Source: Gemmatimonadota bacterium
Lineage (GTDB): Bacteria > Gemmatimonadota > Gemmatimonadetes > Gemmatimonadales > GWC2-71-9
Assembly (NCBI GenBank): GCA_003221895.1
Contig: QHUJ01000115.1
Span: 43,001 to 107,000 of the forward strand
Length of the DNA: 64,000 bases
Reading direction: 5' to 3'
Numbering within the stretch: the stretch's first letter is position 1; each line of letters begins with the position of its first letter. The notes beneath the pieces were generated by a model, which did not search any database, had not been told where the DNA came from, and saw only the letters and a list, made by a program, of their open reading frames with translations. This document shows, one piece after another, positions 36,959 through 46,883 of the stretch. The position numbers and the translations under genes were made by a program.

Positions 36959-37633
36959 ATGCGGATGAAATCTGGTGGTCTGCGGTTCTGCGTCGGCGCG
37001 CTCTTCGTCGTCCTGTGGGCGGGTTGCTACCCAGGCGAAATCGACTCAGCCTCGCAAACCGACGTCGTGCTCACCTTCCACAAGATAGGCGCTGATTTCA
37101 AGGTCAACAACACGCTCTCCATGCCCGATTCGATCGTGGACATCAGCAAGGCCGCGGGCGCGAGCAGCTCTTTGGATCACCAGTACGACGCGCAGATCCT
37201 CGCCAAGATCCAGCAGCAATTCCAGGCGATCGGTTACACATTCGTCAATCCGGCCACGACAAAGCCGGACGCCGTCGTCCTGGTCGCCGGCATTACCGTT
37301 GACAACTACCAGGCGTGGGCCGGTTACCCCTGGTGGGGCTACTGGGGCTGGTGGGGCTCCTGGGGCTATTGGGGTTACAGCGCTTCGTCGGCAGGGTCGT
37401 CGTCGTGGTACTACCCCTGGTCTCCGGTCGTCGTCACGAGCTACAAGTCGGGCACGCTCTTCATCAACCTGGTGGATCCCGACATCCCTCCGCCGCAGGC
37501 GGGGCAAGCCGTTTCGATCTGGGGTGCGGCGCTCAACGGGATGCTGGAAGGGACAAGCACCGAGATTCTGTCGCGCATCGCCACCAACATCACCCAGGCG
37601 TTCGCACAGTCCCCTTATCTCTCGACGCAGTGA
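36959..37633 (+). CDS. DUF4136-family lipoprotein with Trp/Gly/Tyr-rich insert
   Basis: ATG 36959 after GAGGG. Lipobox LWAGC. GTLFINLVDP...SIWGAAL is typical of DUF4136. Contains YPWWGYWGWWGSWGYWGY. Confidence 0.7.
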   Translation: MRMKSGGLRFCVGALFVVLWAGCYPGEIDSASQTDVVLTFHKIGADFKVNNTLSMPDSIVDISKAAGASSSLDHQYDAQILAKIQQQFQAIGYTFVNPATTKPDAVVLVAGITVDNYQAWAGYPWWGYWGWWGSWGYWGYSASSAGSSSWYYPWSPVVVTSYKSGTLFINLVDPDIPPPQAGQAVSIWGAALNGMLEGTSTEILSRIATNITQAFAQSPYLSTQ

Positions 37634-37641
37634 GGACTGCC

Positions 37642-38244
37642 ATGCGTATTCGAATTCCGATCGCAGCACTTGCACTGCTCCTGCTGCCCGGCGTCGTGGT
37701 CGCGCAGGGTCGGAGCAAATGGTTCGGGCTGACGTGGAGCATGGCGAGCCCCATGCAAAACAGCAAAGATTTCGTGAGCGACTATAGTTTCCGGGGACTG
37801 GGTCTCGAGTGGCGGCAGCTGAGTGGTACCACCTCGTTCGGGCTCGCCCTCAACTGGAATGCCATGAATGAGGAATCGTTCCGCACGTCGACGGCGGATC
37901 AGGCCGACCTGACGGGGACCCAGTTCCGCTACATCAACGCGTACTCGATTCTGTTGTCGGGGCACAAGTATCTCGGCCAGGCCGGCGGCCCGCGCCCCTT
38001 CATCGGCGTGAAAACGGGCACCTATTACATCGATCGCCGGACGGACGTGGGTCTCTGGCGGATTTCAGATAACAGCTGGCATTTCGGGGTCGCGCCCGAG
38101 CTCGGCTTCACCGTGCCGATGGCCGGCAACCTCCAGTACGAATCGTTCTACACGACGGTCCGGTACAACTACGCACTCGCGGCGGGCGACGTACCGTACC
38201 AGAGCTGGCTCTCGGTCGACATCGGCTTCGCAGTTCGCCGGTAA
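37642..38244 (+). CDS. Small outer-membrane beta-barrel protein
   Basis: ATG 37642 after GAGGA. Signal peptide MRIRIPIAALALLLLPGVVVAQ; C-terminal ...SVDIGFAVRR. The 5' part of the track ORF from 37315 overlaps the previous gene and is rejected. Confidence 0.6.
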   Translation: MRIRIPIAALALLLLPGVVVAQGRSKWFGLTWSMASPMQNSKDFVSDYSFRGLGLEWRQLSGTTSFGLALNWNAMNEESFRTSTADQADLTGTQFRYINAYSILLSGHKYLGQAGGPRPFIGVKTGTYYIDRRTDVGLWRISDNSWHFGVAPELGFTVPMAGNLQYESFYTTVRYNYALAAGDVPYQSWLSVDIGFAVRR

Positions 38245-38271
38245 ACGCACGACGTTGCGTGGCGGCGCTCT

Positions 38272-38724
38272 CTAGTGAATTTCGGGGAGCGCCGCTACCA
38301 CCTTCAGCTCCAGCACCCGATTCAAAAACCCATCCAGCTGGAAGAAGTGCGCCACGGTCTTGGCGGGGAGCTTCTTGGCGAATTTGTTGAACGTGCTCTT
38401 GTTCAGCTTGACCCGCTGCTCGTCGATGTCGAACGCGCGCTTCATCAGCTCGCGCGCCTTGGCGTCGCTCAGGCTGTCATACGCCGCGACATAATCCCTG
38501 ATGAGCTGCACGCGCTGATCCCACAGTTTCGCCGTTTCCGCCTCGTATTCCCGGTACATGGGCCAGAACACCTGAGCCTGCGAATCGGGCAGCGCGAGCG
38601 CGCGGCCGATGAGCTCGGCCTTGTTCGCACGCACGTCGGAGCGCAGCAGCGCGATCGCGTTGGCCACCGAGGTGTCCTGTGCCGGTGCCTGCAAGACGGC
38701 GACGAGGAGAAAGCTGAGCAGCAT
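38272..38724 (-). CDS. Hypothetical periplasmic helical protein
   Basis: Signal peptide MLLSFLLVAVLQAPAQ. Helical, charged sequence with no clear family motif. Confidence 0.45.
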   Translation of the reverse strand: MLLSFLLVAVLQAPAQDTSVANAIALLRSDVRANKAELIGRALALPDSQAQVFWPMYREYEAETAKLWDQRVQLIRDYVAAYDSLSDAKARELMKRAFDIDEQRVKLNKSTFNKFAKKLPAKTVAHFFQLDGFLNRVLELKVVAALPEIH

Positions 38725-38745
38725 GGCGAGCTCCTGGCGTTGGAA

Positions 38746-39873
38746 TTAAAACGCTTCGGTGAAGTTGAAGTAGACGCCGCTGGAATTACGGCCAAAGCCG
38801 ACATCCACACGCACGTTCGAGCGGGGCTGCAGCTCGAAGCGGTAGCCGACGCCACCGTTGGGGATGATGCCGTGCAGGTTTTGGAGATCCGCTCCCAGGG
38901 CACCGCCTCCCACCCAGGCCACGAATCCGTGGCGCGATAGCTTGCCATTGCTCCGCATGAACATTTGCCGGTACTCGGCAAGCGCGATGAGTGTCGAGCG
39001 ATCCCGAAAGCGACCTTCGACGTACCCGCGCAAGTCGTAGCCCGTACCCACGAGCGACAGTTCGGTCCACGGTACGTCATGCGCGGCAATGCGCGATTTG
39101 ACCTGCCAGGCGAGGGTGCGACCGCCGCGTCCGAGGGTCAGGTATTGGCGATAGTCGAGCAGATAGGTCTGATAGACATTGTCTCCGCCCATGAACCCGC
39201 CGAACGACATTGCTGTCAGTGCCGCATAGACGCCCGTCCAGGCGTTCGCGGCGACATCTCGGCTGTCGTACTGCAGCACGCCGCCAATGCCGTCGTTTCT
39301 GTTGTTGGGTCCGTGAGCCATATAAGCCGGATCGGCGGCCATCGTCGGGTTCACCTCGGTGGCAATCGTGTGATTCCATTCCACCGCACCGCCGATCAGA
39401 AAGTGCTTCGCGACGCCCCAGACGACCGTCGGGGCGAACTTGAACCATTGCCGGTGGTATTTCGTGCTCGCGTCCCCGCTCCAAGGCTGGAGCCCGGCAT
39501 CGAAACCGACCCCCCAGTAGTTGTCTGGCATGTCCTTGTACGAGAGGGCGGCATTGATGCGCAGCTTGTCCTCCAGCCAGAACGACGACAGCGACACGCT
39601 CAGGTTGATCGCGCCCGTCGTCGAATACGAGATCGTCGACGACAAGGTCGAGCGTTGCACGCGGAACGGATTGAGCCCGGTCTTCCAGGACATCAGCGCG
39701 CCGCCGGCGACGAGAAACTGCATTTCCGGATTGTAGGCGGGGGCGAGCAGCGGCGTGAAGCGGAAGCGACCGCTATCGGGCGGTGAGACGCTGGGCGGAC
39801 CGCTGTCGGCCCGGAATACCGGTTCCTGCGCAACGCTGGTCAGGGCAACCAGCGGAAGCAAAAGGCACAGCAC
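38746..39873 (-). CDS. Omp85/BamA-like outer-membrane barrel without POTRA domains
   Basis: Signal peptide. C-terminal ...GFGRNSSGVYFNFTEAF is typical of the surface-antigen (D15) barrel family. GTG start. Confidence 0.65.
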   Translation of the reverse strand: MLCLLLPLVALTSVAQEPVFRADSGPPSVSPPDSGRFRFTPLLAPAYNPEMQFLVAGGALMSWKTGLNPFRVQRSTLSSTISYSTTGAINLSVSLSSFWLEDKLRINAALSYKDMPDNYWGVGFDAGLQPWSGDASTKYHRQWFKFAPTVVWGVAKHFLIGGAVEWNHTIATEVNPTMAADPAYMAHGPNNRNDGIGGVLQYDSRDVAANAWTGVYAALTAMSFGGFMGGDNVYQTYLLDYRQYLTLGRGGRTLAWQVKSRIAAHDVPWTELSLVGTGYDLRGYVEGRFRDRSTLIALAEYRQMFMRSNGKLSRHGFVAWVGGGALGADLQNLHGIIPNGGVGYRFELQPRSNVRVDVGFGRNSSGVYFNFTEAF

Positions 39874-39907
39874 GCGAAGAGTGTCGCGGCGCGCCGTGAA
39901 TCAGACT

Positions 39908-39925
39908 ATCGCACCTAAGGGTAAC
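39908..39925 (-). promoter_or_regulatory. Motif copy (m): ATCGCACCTAAGGGTAAC (+ strand)
   Basis: Exactly 34 nt (39874-39907) from the Omp85-like GTG 39873. Weaker match at the ends. Confidence 0.4.
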
Positions 39926-39933
39926 GCCCCGCA

Positions 39934-42027
39934 TCAACCCAACGTCCACACGTCGTGGCTGCTGCCGTTGCGCCGCAATACAAGATGAAACGTCGCGCCG
40001 CGGTCGGCGTTGTTGACCGCCCACAGCCGGCCGCCGTGCGCCGAAACGATCGTGCGACAAATTGACAGACCGAGACCCAGTCCGTGGCGCTTGGACGTGA
40101 AGAACGGCTCGAACACCTGCTCCTCTTTTCCCTCCGGAATGCCGACGCCCTGGTCGGCGACGGAGATCCGCACGGCGCCGAGCGTGCCGCTCGTGACGAT
40201 GGAGACGCTGCGCGCCTCGCGCGGTTGCTCGGCCATCGCATCGCACGCGTTGAAGAGCAGGTTCATCAGCACCTGCTGCACCTGGATGCGGTCGGCGGGG
40301 ACGTGCGCCAGCGCCGGCGCGAGCGCGGTATGGACGAGCACCTCACGCCGGATCAGCTCGCTGTGGAGCAGCTCAACGACCTCGCGCACGACCTCGTTGA
40401 CGTCGAGGGGCTGGAGCTGCAGCTCGCCGCGCTTGAGCAGCGCCTGCATCCGGCGGATCACCTCGCCCGCGCGCCGGTCATCGGCAACGATGTCCTCGAG
40501 AATGTTGCGTACCTCGGCGGAGTCGGGCGGCTTGCGCGCCATGAGCCGCTGGCCGGCGCGGGCGTTCGCCATGATCGCCGCGAGCGGCTGGTTCAGCTCG
40601 TGGGCGAAGGCGGCGGAAAGCTCGCCCAGCAGCGCCACACGACTGAGGTGCGCCAGCTCGGTGCGCTGCGTCTGCAGCTCCAGCTCCGCGCGGCGCCGCT
40701 CGGTGATGTCGCGAATGACGACGAGCACGCACGGCTCATCCATCATGACCACCGATTGCGCCGTCACGACGGCCCGGAACACCGCGCCGCGGCGGCTGCG
40801 CAACAGCACCTCCATCTCCTGGAGTTGCTCATCGGATGCCAATCTCGCCTTGAACCGGCTGGCTTCGACGTGATGCAGAAACAGGTGCAGATCCTCCGTC
40901 GACTGCCCAATCGCCTCCGCCCTCGTATGCCCAAACATTTTCTCCCACTGCACGTTCACGTCCACGATGGCGCCGTCGCTGCGGTGGACGATGACCAGCG
41001 CGTCCGGGCTCGACCGGAACGCGACGGCAAATCGCTCCTCGGAACGGCGCAGCGCCTGCTCGCCATGGCGTCGCTCGGCCACGGCCGCGCCGATCGTCAA
41101 TAACGGAATGGACGTCACGATCAGGAAGAGCTGCACCGACAGCGCGTTGGCGTGCGCGGACGTGGCATCGAACGGCCGGTGCCCGTGAATCGCGGCCCAC
41201 ACGGCGAAGAGCGCCATGACCAGCACGCTCGCACCGGCGCCGCCCGGCCCGAAGCTCACCGCTGCCCAGAGTAGGAATGGCAGTGGCGCGTACAGCAGCG
41301 CCACCGAAGCGTTCTGCGGTGCGATCGTGCCCGTGAAGATCACGATGCAGACACCCAGCAGGCCCACGCTCAGGAGTACGGCTTCGACGGACCGCCGCAG
41401 CGGAATCTCGCGCATTCGGTCGAGCCGAGCCGTCGCGGTATGCACGATGACCGGCACGAGCGCGATGGTTGCCAAGGCATTCGACAGGAACCGGGTACGC
41501 CAGACCTCCCAGTAGCCCGCAGAGCCGAAGTGGTTCCACATGACGAAGGCCGCGTCGAGAAACGACGACAGGAACGGACCGAGCAAGACGCCGCCCAGGA
41601 CGAACAGAACCACCCGCCGGAATGTGTCCAGCCGCGCTTGCCGGTCGAACAGACGGATCGCGCCCGCGGCGATCAACGCCTCGGTGCTGTTGCTGATGTA
41701 CCAGGACAGGACCATCGTGACCGGAATGCCGTGCGACAGCTCGCCGGCCAGGTGCGCCGGCAACGCGGCGAGCAGCATGATCCACCAAGCGCGCGTCGGC
41801 GTGAGCAGGAGGGCAGCGAGCAGGATTGCGTTGGGAGGCCACAGCGTCGAAACCGGTTGGGTCGTCATCGTGAGGGCAAGACCGATGCGGACGCCGATAT
41901 AGTAGGCGACGGCGACGATGGCCATCGCCCGCAGCGTGCGCCCACGTGACCATCCGGGCACGGCGAAGACGGACAACATCAGGCGGTAGGATGGCTGGCG
42001 GGCCTCGATTTGGCCAGTAGTACGCAT
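39934..42027 (-). CDS. Sensor histidine kinase, MASE1-PAS-HisKA-HATPase
   Basis: MASE1-like 8-TM N-terminus (VAVAYYIGVRIGLALT...STLWPPNAILLAALLL), PAS segment, H-box AAFAHELNQPLAAIMANARAG, HATPase motifs. Start may be downstream (ATG about 41979 or 41926) because the 18-bp motif abuts ATG 42027. Confidence 0.85.
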   Translation of the reverse strand: MRTTGQIEARQPSYRLMLSVFAVPGWSRGRTLRAMAIVAVAYYIGVRIGLALTMTTQPVSTLWPPNAILLAALLLTPTRAWWIMLLAALPAHLAGELSHGIPVTMVLSWYISNSTEALIAAGAIRLFDRQARLDTFRRVVLFVLGGVLLGPFLSSFLDAAFVMWNHFGSAGYWEVWRTRFLSNALATIALVPVIVHTATARLDRMREIPLRRSVEAVLLSVGLLGVCIVIFTGTIAPQNASVALLYAPLPFLLWAAVSFGPGGAGASVLVMALFAVWAAIHGHRPFDATSAHANALSVQLFLIVTSIPLLTIGAAVAERRHGEQALRRSEERFAVAFRSSPDALVIVHRSDGAIVDVNVQWEKMFGHTRAEAIGQSTEDLHLFLHHVEASRFKARLASDEQLQEMEVLLRSRRGAVFRAVVTAQSVVMMDEPCVLVVIRDITERRRAELELQTQRTELAHLSRVALLGELSAAFAHELNQPLAAIMANARAGQRLMARKPPDSAEVRNILEDIVADDRRAGEVIRRMQALLKRGELQLQPLDVNEVVREVVELLHSELIRREVLVHTALAPALAHVPADRIQVQQVLMNLLFNACDAMAEQPREARSVSIVTSGTLGAVRISVADQGVGIPEGKEEQVFEPFFTSKRHGLGLGLSICRTIVSAHGGRLWAVNNADRGATFHLVLRRNGSSHDVWTLG

Positions 42028-42043
42028 TGACCTTTAGGACAAT
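42026..42043. promoter_or_regulatory. Motif copy (b): ATTGACCTTTAGGACAAT
   Basis: 16/18 identical to copy (a); both are followed by G. 7 of 9 palindromic pairs. Abuts ATG 42027 of the MASE1 kinase ORF. Confidence 0.55.
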
Positions 42044-42145
42044 GACTCGCCGCCGGCGATGGAACGAAGGGGCAACTTGCTGGGTCCTCCGGGCCGTCCG
42101 ATTGTCCGCAAGGTGACGCATACTCCTTTACCAAGGACGGCCTCC

Positions 42146-42793
42146 GTGCTCCGTATCTCACGCATTGCAGCCGCATTCGCCGTGGTGGTCATGCTGGCCG
42201 CGGGCGCTGCGGGTACCCTACCCGCGCAGAAAAAAGTCTCGCTCTTCGCCATCGGCGGCTACTACATCGCGAGCGACTTGTGGGCGGGGGTGGGAGCTAA
42301 CACCAACAATAAGGTGGTACTGGACGACTCCCCGACGTTTGGCGGGCGCCTGGTATTCATGTCGCAACCGCGGTTTGGCGTCGAGCTCAATTACATGCGC
42401 GCCGTTTCCAATCTCCATACCACAAACCCGGCGAAGCCCCTGGAGGGGAATGTCAGTCTTGACCAGATCGACATCAGCGGTCTCTACGCGGGGTACAACG
42501 GCACTGGCCGCGGCTACCTGAGCCTCGGCCTGGGCACCACGGCCTTCACACCTCACATCCAGGGTGTGAACGGATCATCGCAGTGGCGTTTTGCGTGGAA
42601 TGTCGGCGTCGGTTTCATGGCCGATGTGGGAAAGTCAATGATCGCGCGAGTCGACGGTCGCTACCGCGGGACCACGACGAATCGCCAGACCGGGTCCAGC
42701 TCGTACTGCGATGCGTTCGGCAACTGCTACGGCTACGCCTCGATGGTGTACTCGAGCGGTGAGGTAACGGCGGGACTCGGCTTTCGTTTCTGA
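42146..42793 (+). CDS. Outer-membrane beta-barrel protein (OmpA-like 8-strand barrel type)
   Basis: GTG 42146 (AAGGA upstream) gives (M)LRISRIAAAFAVVVMLAAGAAGTLPAQ; C-terminal ...VTAGLGFRF. Confidence 0.65.
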   Translation: MLRISRIAAAFAVVVMLAAGAAGTLPAQKKVSLFAIGGYYIASDLWAGVGANTNNKVVLDDSPTFGGRLVFMSQPRFGVELNYMRAVSNLHTTNPAKPLEGNVSLDQIDISGLYAGYNGTGRGYLSLGLGTTAFTPHIQGVNGSSQWRFAWNVGVGFMADVGKSMIARVDGRYRGTTTNRQTGSSSYCDAFGNCYGYASMVYSSGEVTAGLGFRF

Positions 42794-42951
42794 GGTTCGG
42801 CCGTGCGGTACCGCCCGCTCTTGCTCCTCCCCGTCGTCGCGTGTTCTGGTGAGCCGAGCGGGCCTATGCGCGCACCTTCTGTCTCGCGCACATCGAAATC
42901 GGAGACCACGGCGTCTCGGTCCGCCTGCCGGGTCACCGCTATATTGGTCGG

Positions 42952-44226
<1,275 letters not shown>

Positions 44227-44555
44227 CGTGAGCACTTCCGAGAAAAAATTGGCGATCTGACGTGGCGGAAAGTTGACCACCGCGAGGACCAGCCTGCCGA
44301 CGAGATCCTTCGGATCGTAGTACTTGGTGATCTGCGCGCTCGAGTGTTTCAGGCCGAGCTCAGGACCGAAGTCGATCTTCAGCCTGTAGGCGGGCTTTCT
44401 CGCCTGGGGGAACTCGTCGGCTGACACCACCCGGCCCACCCGGATATCAATCCTTGCAAAATCGTTGTAGCTGATCTGGTCCATAACCCGCCCGGGATGT
44501 CTCCTTTTGAGGTCAAGCCGACGGCGCGCACGTGCGTGAGAAGGTTGGCACGTGC

Positions 44556-44573
44556 ATTGCCCTTCCGCCACCG
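44556..44573 (+). promoter_or_regulatory. Motif copy (r): ATTGCCCTTCCGCCACCG (left half conserved)
   Basis: 33 nt (44574-44606) from ATG 44607. Confidence 0.3.
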
Positions 44574-44606
44574 CGCGGGCCACTTCCACATTCACAGGAC
44601 GGATAT

Positions 44607-45272
44607 ATGCGGCGGATCGGCATGGCGGTGCTGGGCCTGACGGTCATCACAACGGCTCCCCTCATTGGCCAACGTTCAGCACTTCGCGAGGTGAGCGAAC
44701 GCGAGCGGGCCAGCTTCGGCTTCGATTTCACCATGGCACAACCGCAGGGTGAGTTCCGCCGCACCGGTAACATCGCCCCGGGCTTCTCCGGCTTTGGCGT
44801 GTTGGGTACGACCCTGGGGCTGCGGATCGATGGTGGGTGGATGGTCTACGAGAACCGCTATCAAGGGGCTGGTATCTCGACCACATCGCAAATCGCAACA
44901 TTGGGTGCCGGCCCGCAACTCACGCTGGGCTCGGGGGCGCTACGGATCTATGGATTCGCGACAGTAGGCGGCGCGTGGTTCTTCAGCGACATCAGCTCCG
45001 GCGATTGCGGCTGCAGCACTTCCGACTTTCACATCACCGGCGACCTGACCACCAGCACATCGGCCGGTGGTGGCGCTCTTCTCTTCTTGTCGACCGGACA
45101 CACGCCCATCGCCATCGATATCGGTGCGCGGGGCGCGCGTCATGACAATGTCAGGTACATACCGGTGGACGGTTTCACCAAGAATCCTGATGGGACGGTC
45201 ACGGCCAAGTACGTGAGCACCCCCGTGATCATGCGGGTGCTGCAGATTGGCGTTTCGGTCGGAATCCGCTGA
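44607..45272 (+). CDS. Hypothetical outer-membrane beta-barrel protein
   Basis: ATG 44607 gives the signal peptide MRRIGMAVLGLTVITTAPLIGQ. Beta pattern, C-terminal ...LQIGVSVGIR. Confidence 0.55.
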   Translation: MRRIGMAVLGLTVITTAPLIGQRSALREVSERERASFGFDFTMAQPQGEFRRTGNIAPGFSGFGVLGTTLGLRIDGGWMVYENRYQGAGISTTSQIATLGAGPQLTLGSGALRIYGFATVGGAWFFSDISSGDCGCSTSDFHITGDLTTSTSAGGGALLFLSTGHTPIAIDIGARGARHDNVRYIPVDGFTKNPDGTVTAKYVSTPVIMRVLQIGVSVGIR

Positions 45273-45276
45273 GGGT

Positions 45277-46116
45277 TTAGGGGGAGCCCGTACCGAGAAT
45301 TCGATTCAAGTACCGCTCCGGGGCGGTCAAAAAATCCCGTGTGATCCGCACATGATCGAGATTCTCGTACGCCACCGGCTGAATTGGGGTGGCGTCGAAG
45401 TTATAGATCGTCGCGTTCGGGAATGCGAGCAGCATGGGAGAATGGGTCGCGATCACGAACTGCGCGTCTTGCGCCACCATCTCCGCGATCATGCCGAGTA
45501 ACGCGAGCTGACTCTGAGGCGACAGCGGCGCCTCCGGCTCGTCCAGCAGATACAGTCCTCCCGGAACGAAGCGCGACTGAAACAACTTGAGAAAGCTCTG
45601 CCCGTGCGAGTTGGCGTCGAGATCGATGCCGTAGCGGCGCTCCATGTCCGCCAGCGACGCCCGCATCGGACCCTGCGCGAGTCCCATCGCGTAGGGTGAT
45701 CGTCCTTCCGCCGTGTACTGCTTCTCGATCTCCGCGGCTTGCTGTTGCAGCTCGACGCGCTGCTGCGCGACGCGCTTGGTGAAACCGAAGAAGTCCTCGG
45801 CGCGCAAGAAGAATCCGCGGGTCGCGCGCTTGGCCCAGGCGAGTCGCAGCGCCTTACCGAGCCGGCGCTGAGCGGCGAGCGTCTCGTCGCGTTGCAAGTC
45901 GGCGCTTCCGATGGTGGGAAGGCGGGCTGCCGCGGCGATCCCCTCGAGCAGCGTGGACTTTCCCGAGCCGTTTTCTCCGACGAAAAACGTGACGGGCGTC
46001 TCGAGCGAGAGCTGGTCCAGGGTGCGAATTGCCGGAACGGTGAAGGGAAATGACCCCTCCTCCGCACCTCTACGACTGATCGACTTGAGGTGCACCGAGC
46101 TCACGGGCTCCAACAT
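45277..46116 (-). CDS. AAA/ABC-like ATPase (stand-alone, COG3910-like)
   Basis: Walker A GENGSGKSTLLEGI, signature-like SHGQSF, Walker B LYLLDEPEAPLSP, H-loop ATHSP. ATG 46116 chosen. Confidence 0.8.
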   Translation of the reverse strand: MLEPVSSVHLKSISRRGAEEGSFPFTVPAIRTLDQLSLETPVTFFVGENGSGKSTLLEGIAAAARLPTIGSADLQRDETLAAQRRLGKALRLAWAKRATRGFFLRAEDFFGFTKRVAQQRVELQQQAAEIEKQYTAEGRSPYAMGLAQGPMRASLADMERRYGIDLDANSHGQSFLKLFQSRFVPGGLYLLDEPEAPLSPQSQLALLGMIAEMVAQDAQFVIATHSPMLLAFPNATIYNFDATPIQPVAYENLDHVRITRDFLTAPERYLNRILGTGSP

Positions 46117-46186
46117 ACCTGCTGAGGGAAGTGTATCAGGTCGCTTACAAGGTGTGATTTCCGGATGTCGAATCTGGTGCGATGGC

Positions 46187-46202
46187 AACAGTTAGAACTG
46201 TT
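46187..46202. promoter_or_regulatory. 16-bp inverted repeat AACAGTT-AG-AACTGTT
   Basis: Perfect 7-bp arms with a 2-nt centre, in the divergent spacer between the AAA ATPase (start 46116) and the 46220/46259 ORF. Confidence 0.4.
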
Positions 46203-46258
46203 CATACCGGGTATGGAATTTGCCCCCGGCGTCGGCTCGGAAGGAGGGATCGTCGTTC

Positions 46259-46882
46259 GTGTCCGAGCCCAGTCCAGTGACAGGTACACCCGTCGTCAGG
46301 TTGAATCCGCCGCTGCAGGCAGCCGGACCGGCGCCGAGGCCGACTCATGCCATCCTCTTGCCCGAGAACGATACTGAAGATGAGCTGCACGATCTCCCCG
46401 TGGCGGCACCAGCCCACCCTCGCATCAGACCGCGTCCAATCCCCAAATTGGCTTGGCACGCCTCGTTCGGCCGGCCAGCGGCCTACATCGCATCAGGCGT
46501 CATCGGCGCGGTGCTCGTGACGGTCCTATACGGCGGGTTCGGATCGCGCGGCGATTCGTCCGGCGGCAGAGCCTCGGACTCCTCGCCGGGCGTGGTGTCT
46601 CCGAGCGAGGCCGCGGCCTTCGATCGCCGCACGGATACGCTCTCACTCGCCATTGCGGCGTTTACGATGCGCGCGCGCTTGTACGATACGCGTCGCATGG
46701 GCTGCGCGGGGTTGTCCCGCGGGCTGCAACAGGTGGAGGACAGCTGGTTGGCGTACAACATCGCGCGCAAGGAGTCGCTGGCCGCGTCTGATTCGGTGCG
46801 CGACAACCGTGATCGATCGCTCTACGCCGACGTGCGCGCGGTAGAGCTGCGCTTCGAACGCTCATCCTGTCCGCGACCGTAG
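46259..46882 (+). CDS. Hypothetical single-pass membrane protein
   Basis: Track ORF 46220..46882. GTG 46259 follows AAGGAGG. TM segment AAYIASGVIGAVLVTVLYGGF. No family motif. Confidence 0.45.
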   Translation: MSEPSPVTGTPVVRLNPPLQAAGPAPRPTHAILLPENDTEDELHDLPVAAPAHPRIRPRPIPKLAWHASFGRPAAYIASGVIGAVLVTVLYGGFGSRGDSSGGRASDSSPGVVSPSEAAAFDRRTDTLSLAIAAFTMRARLYDTRRMGCAGLSRGLQQVEDSWLAYNIARKESLAASDSVRDNRDRSLYADVRAVELRFERSSCPRP

Positions 46883-46883
46883 C

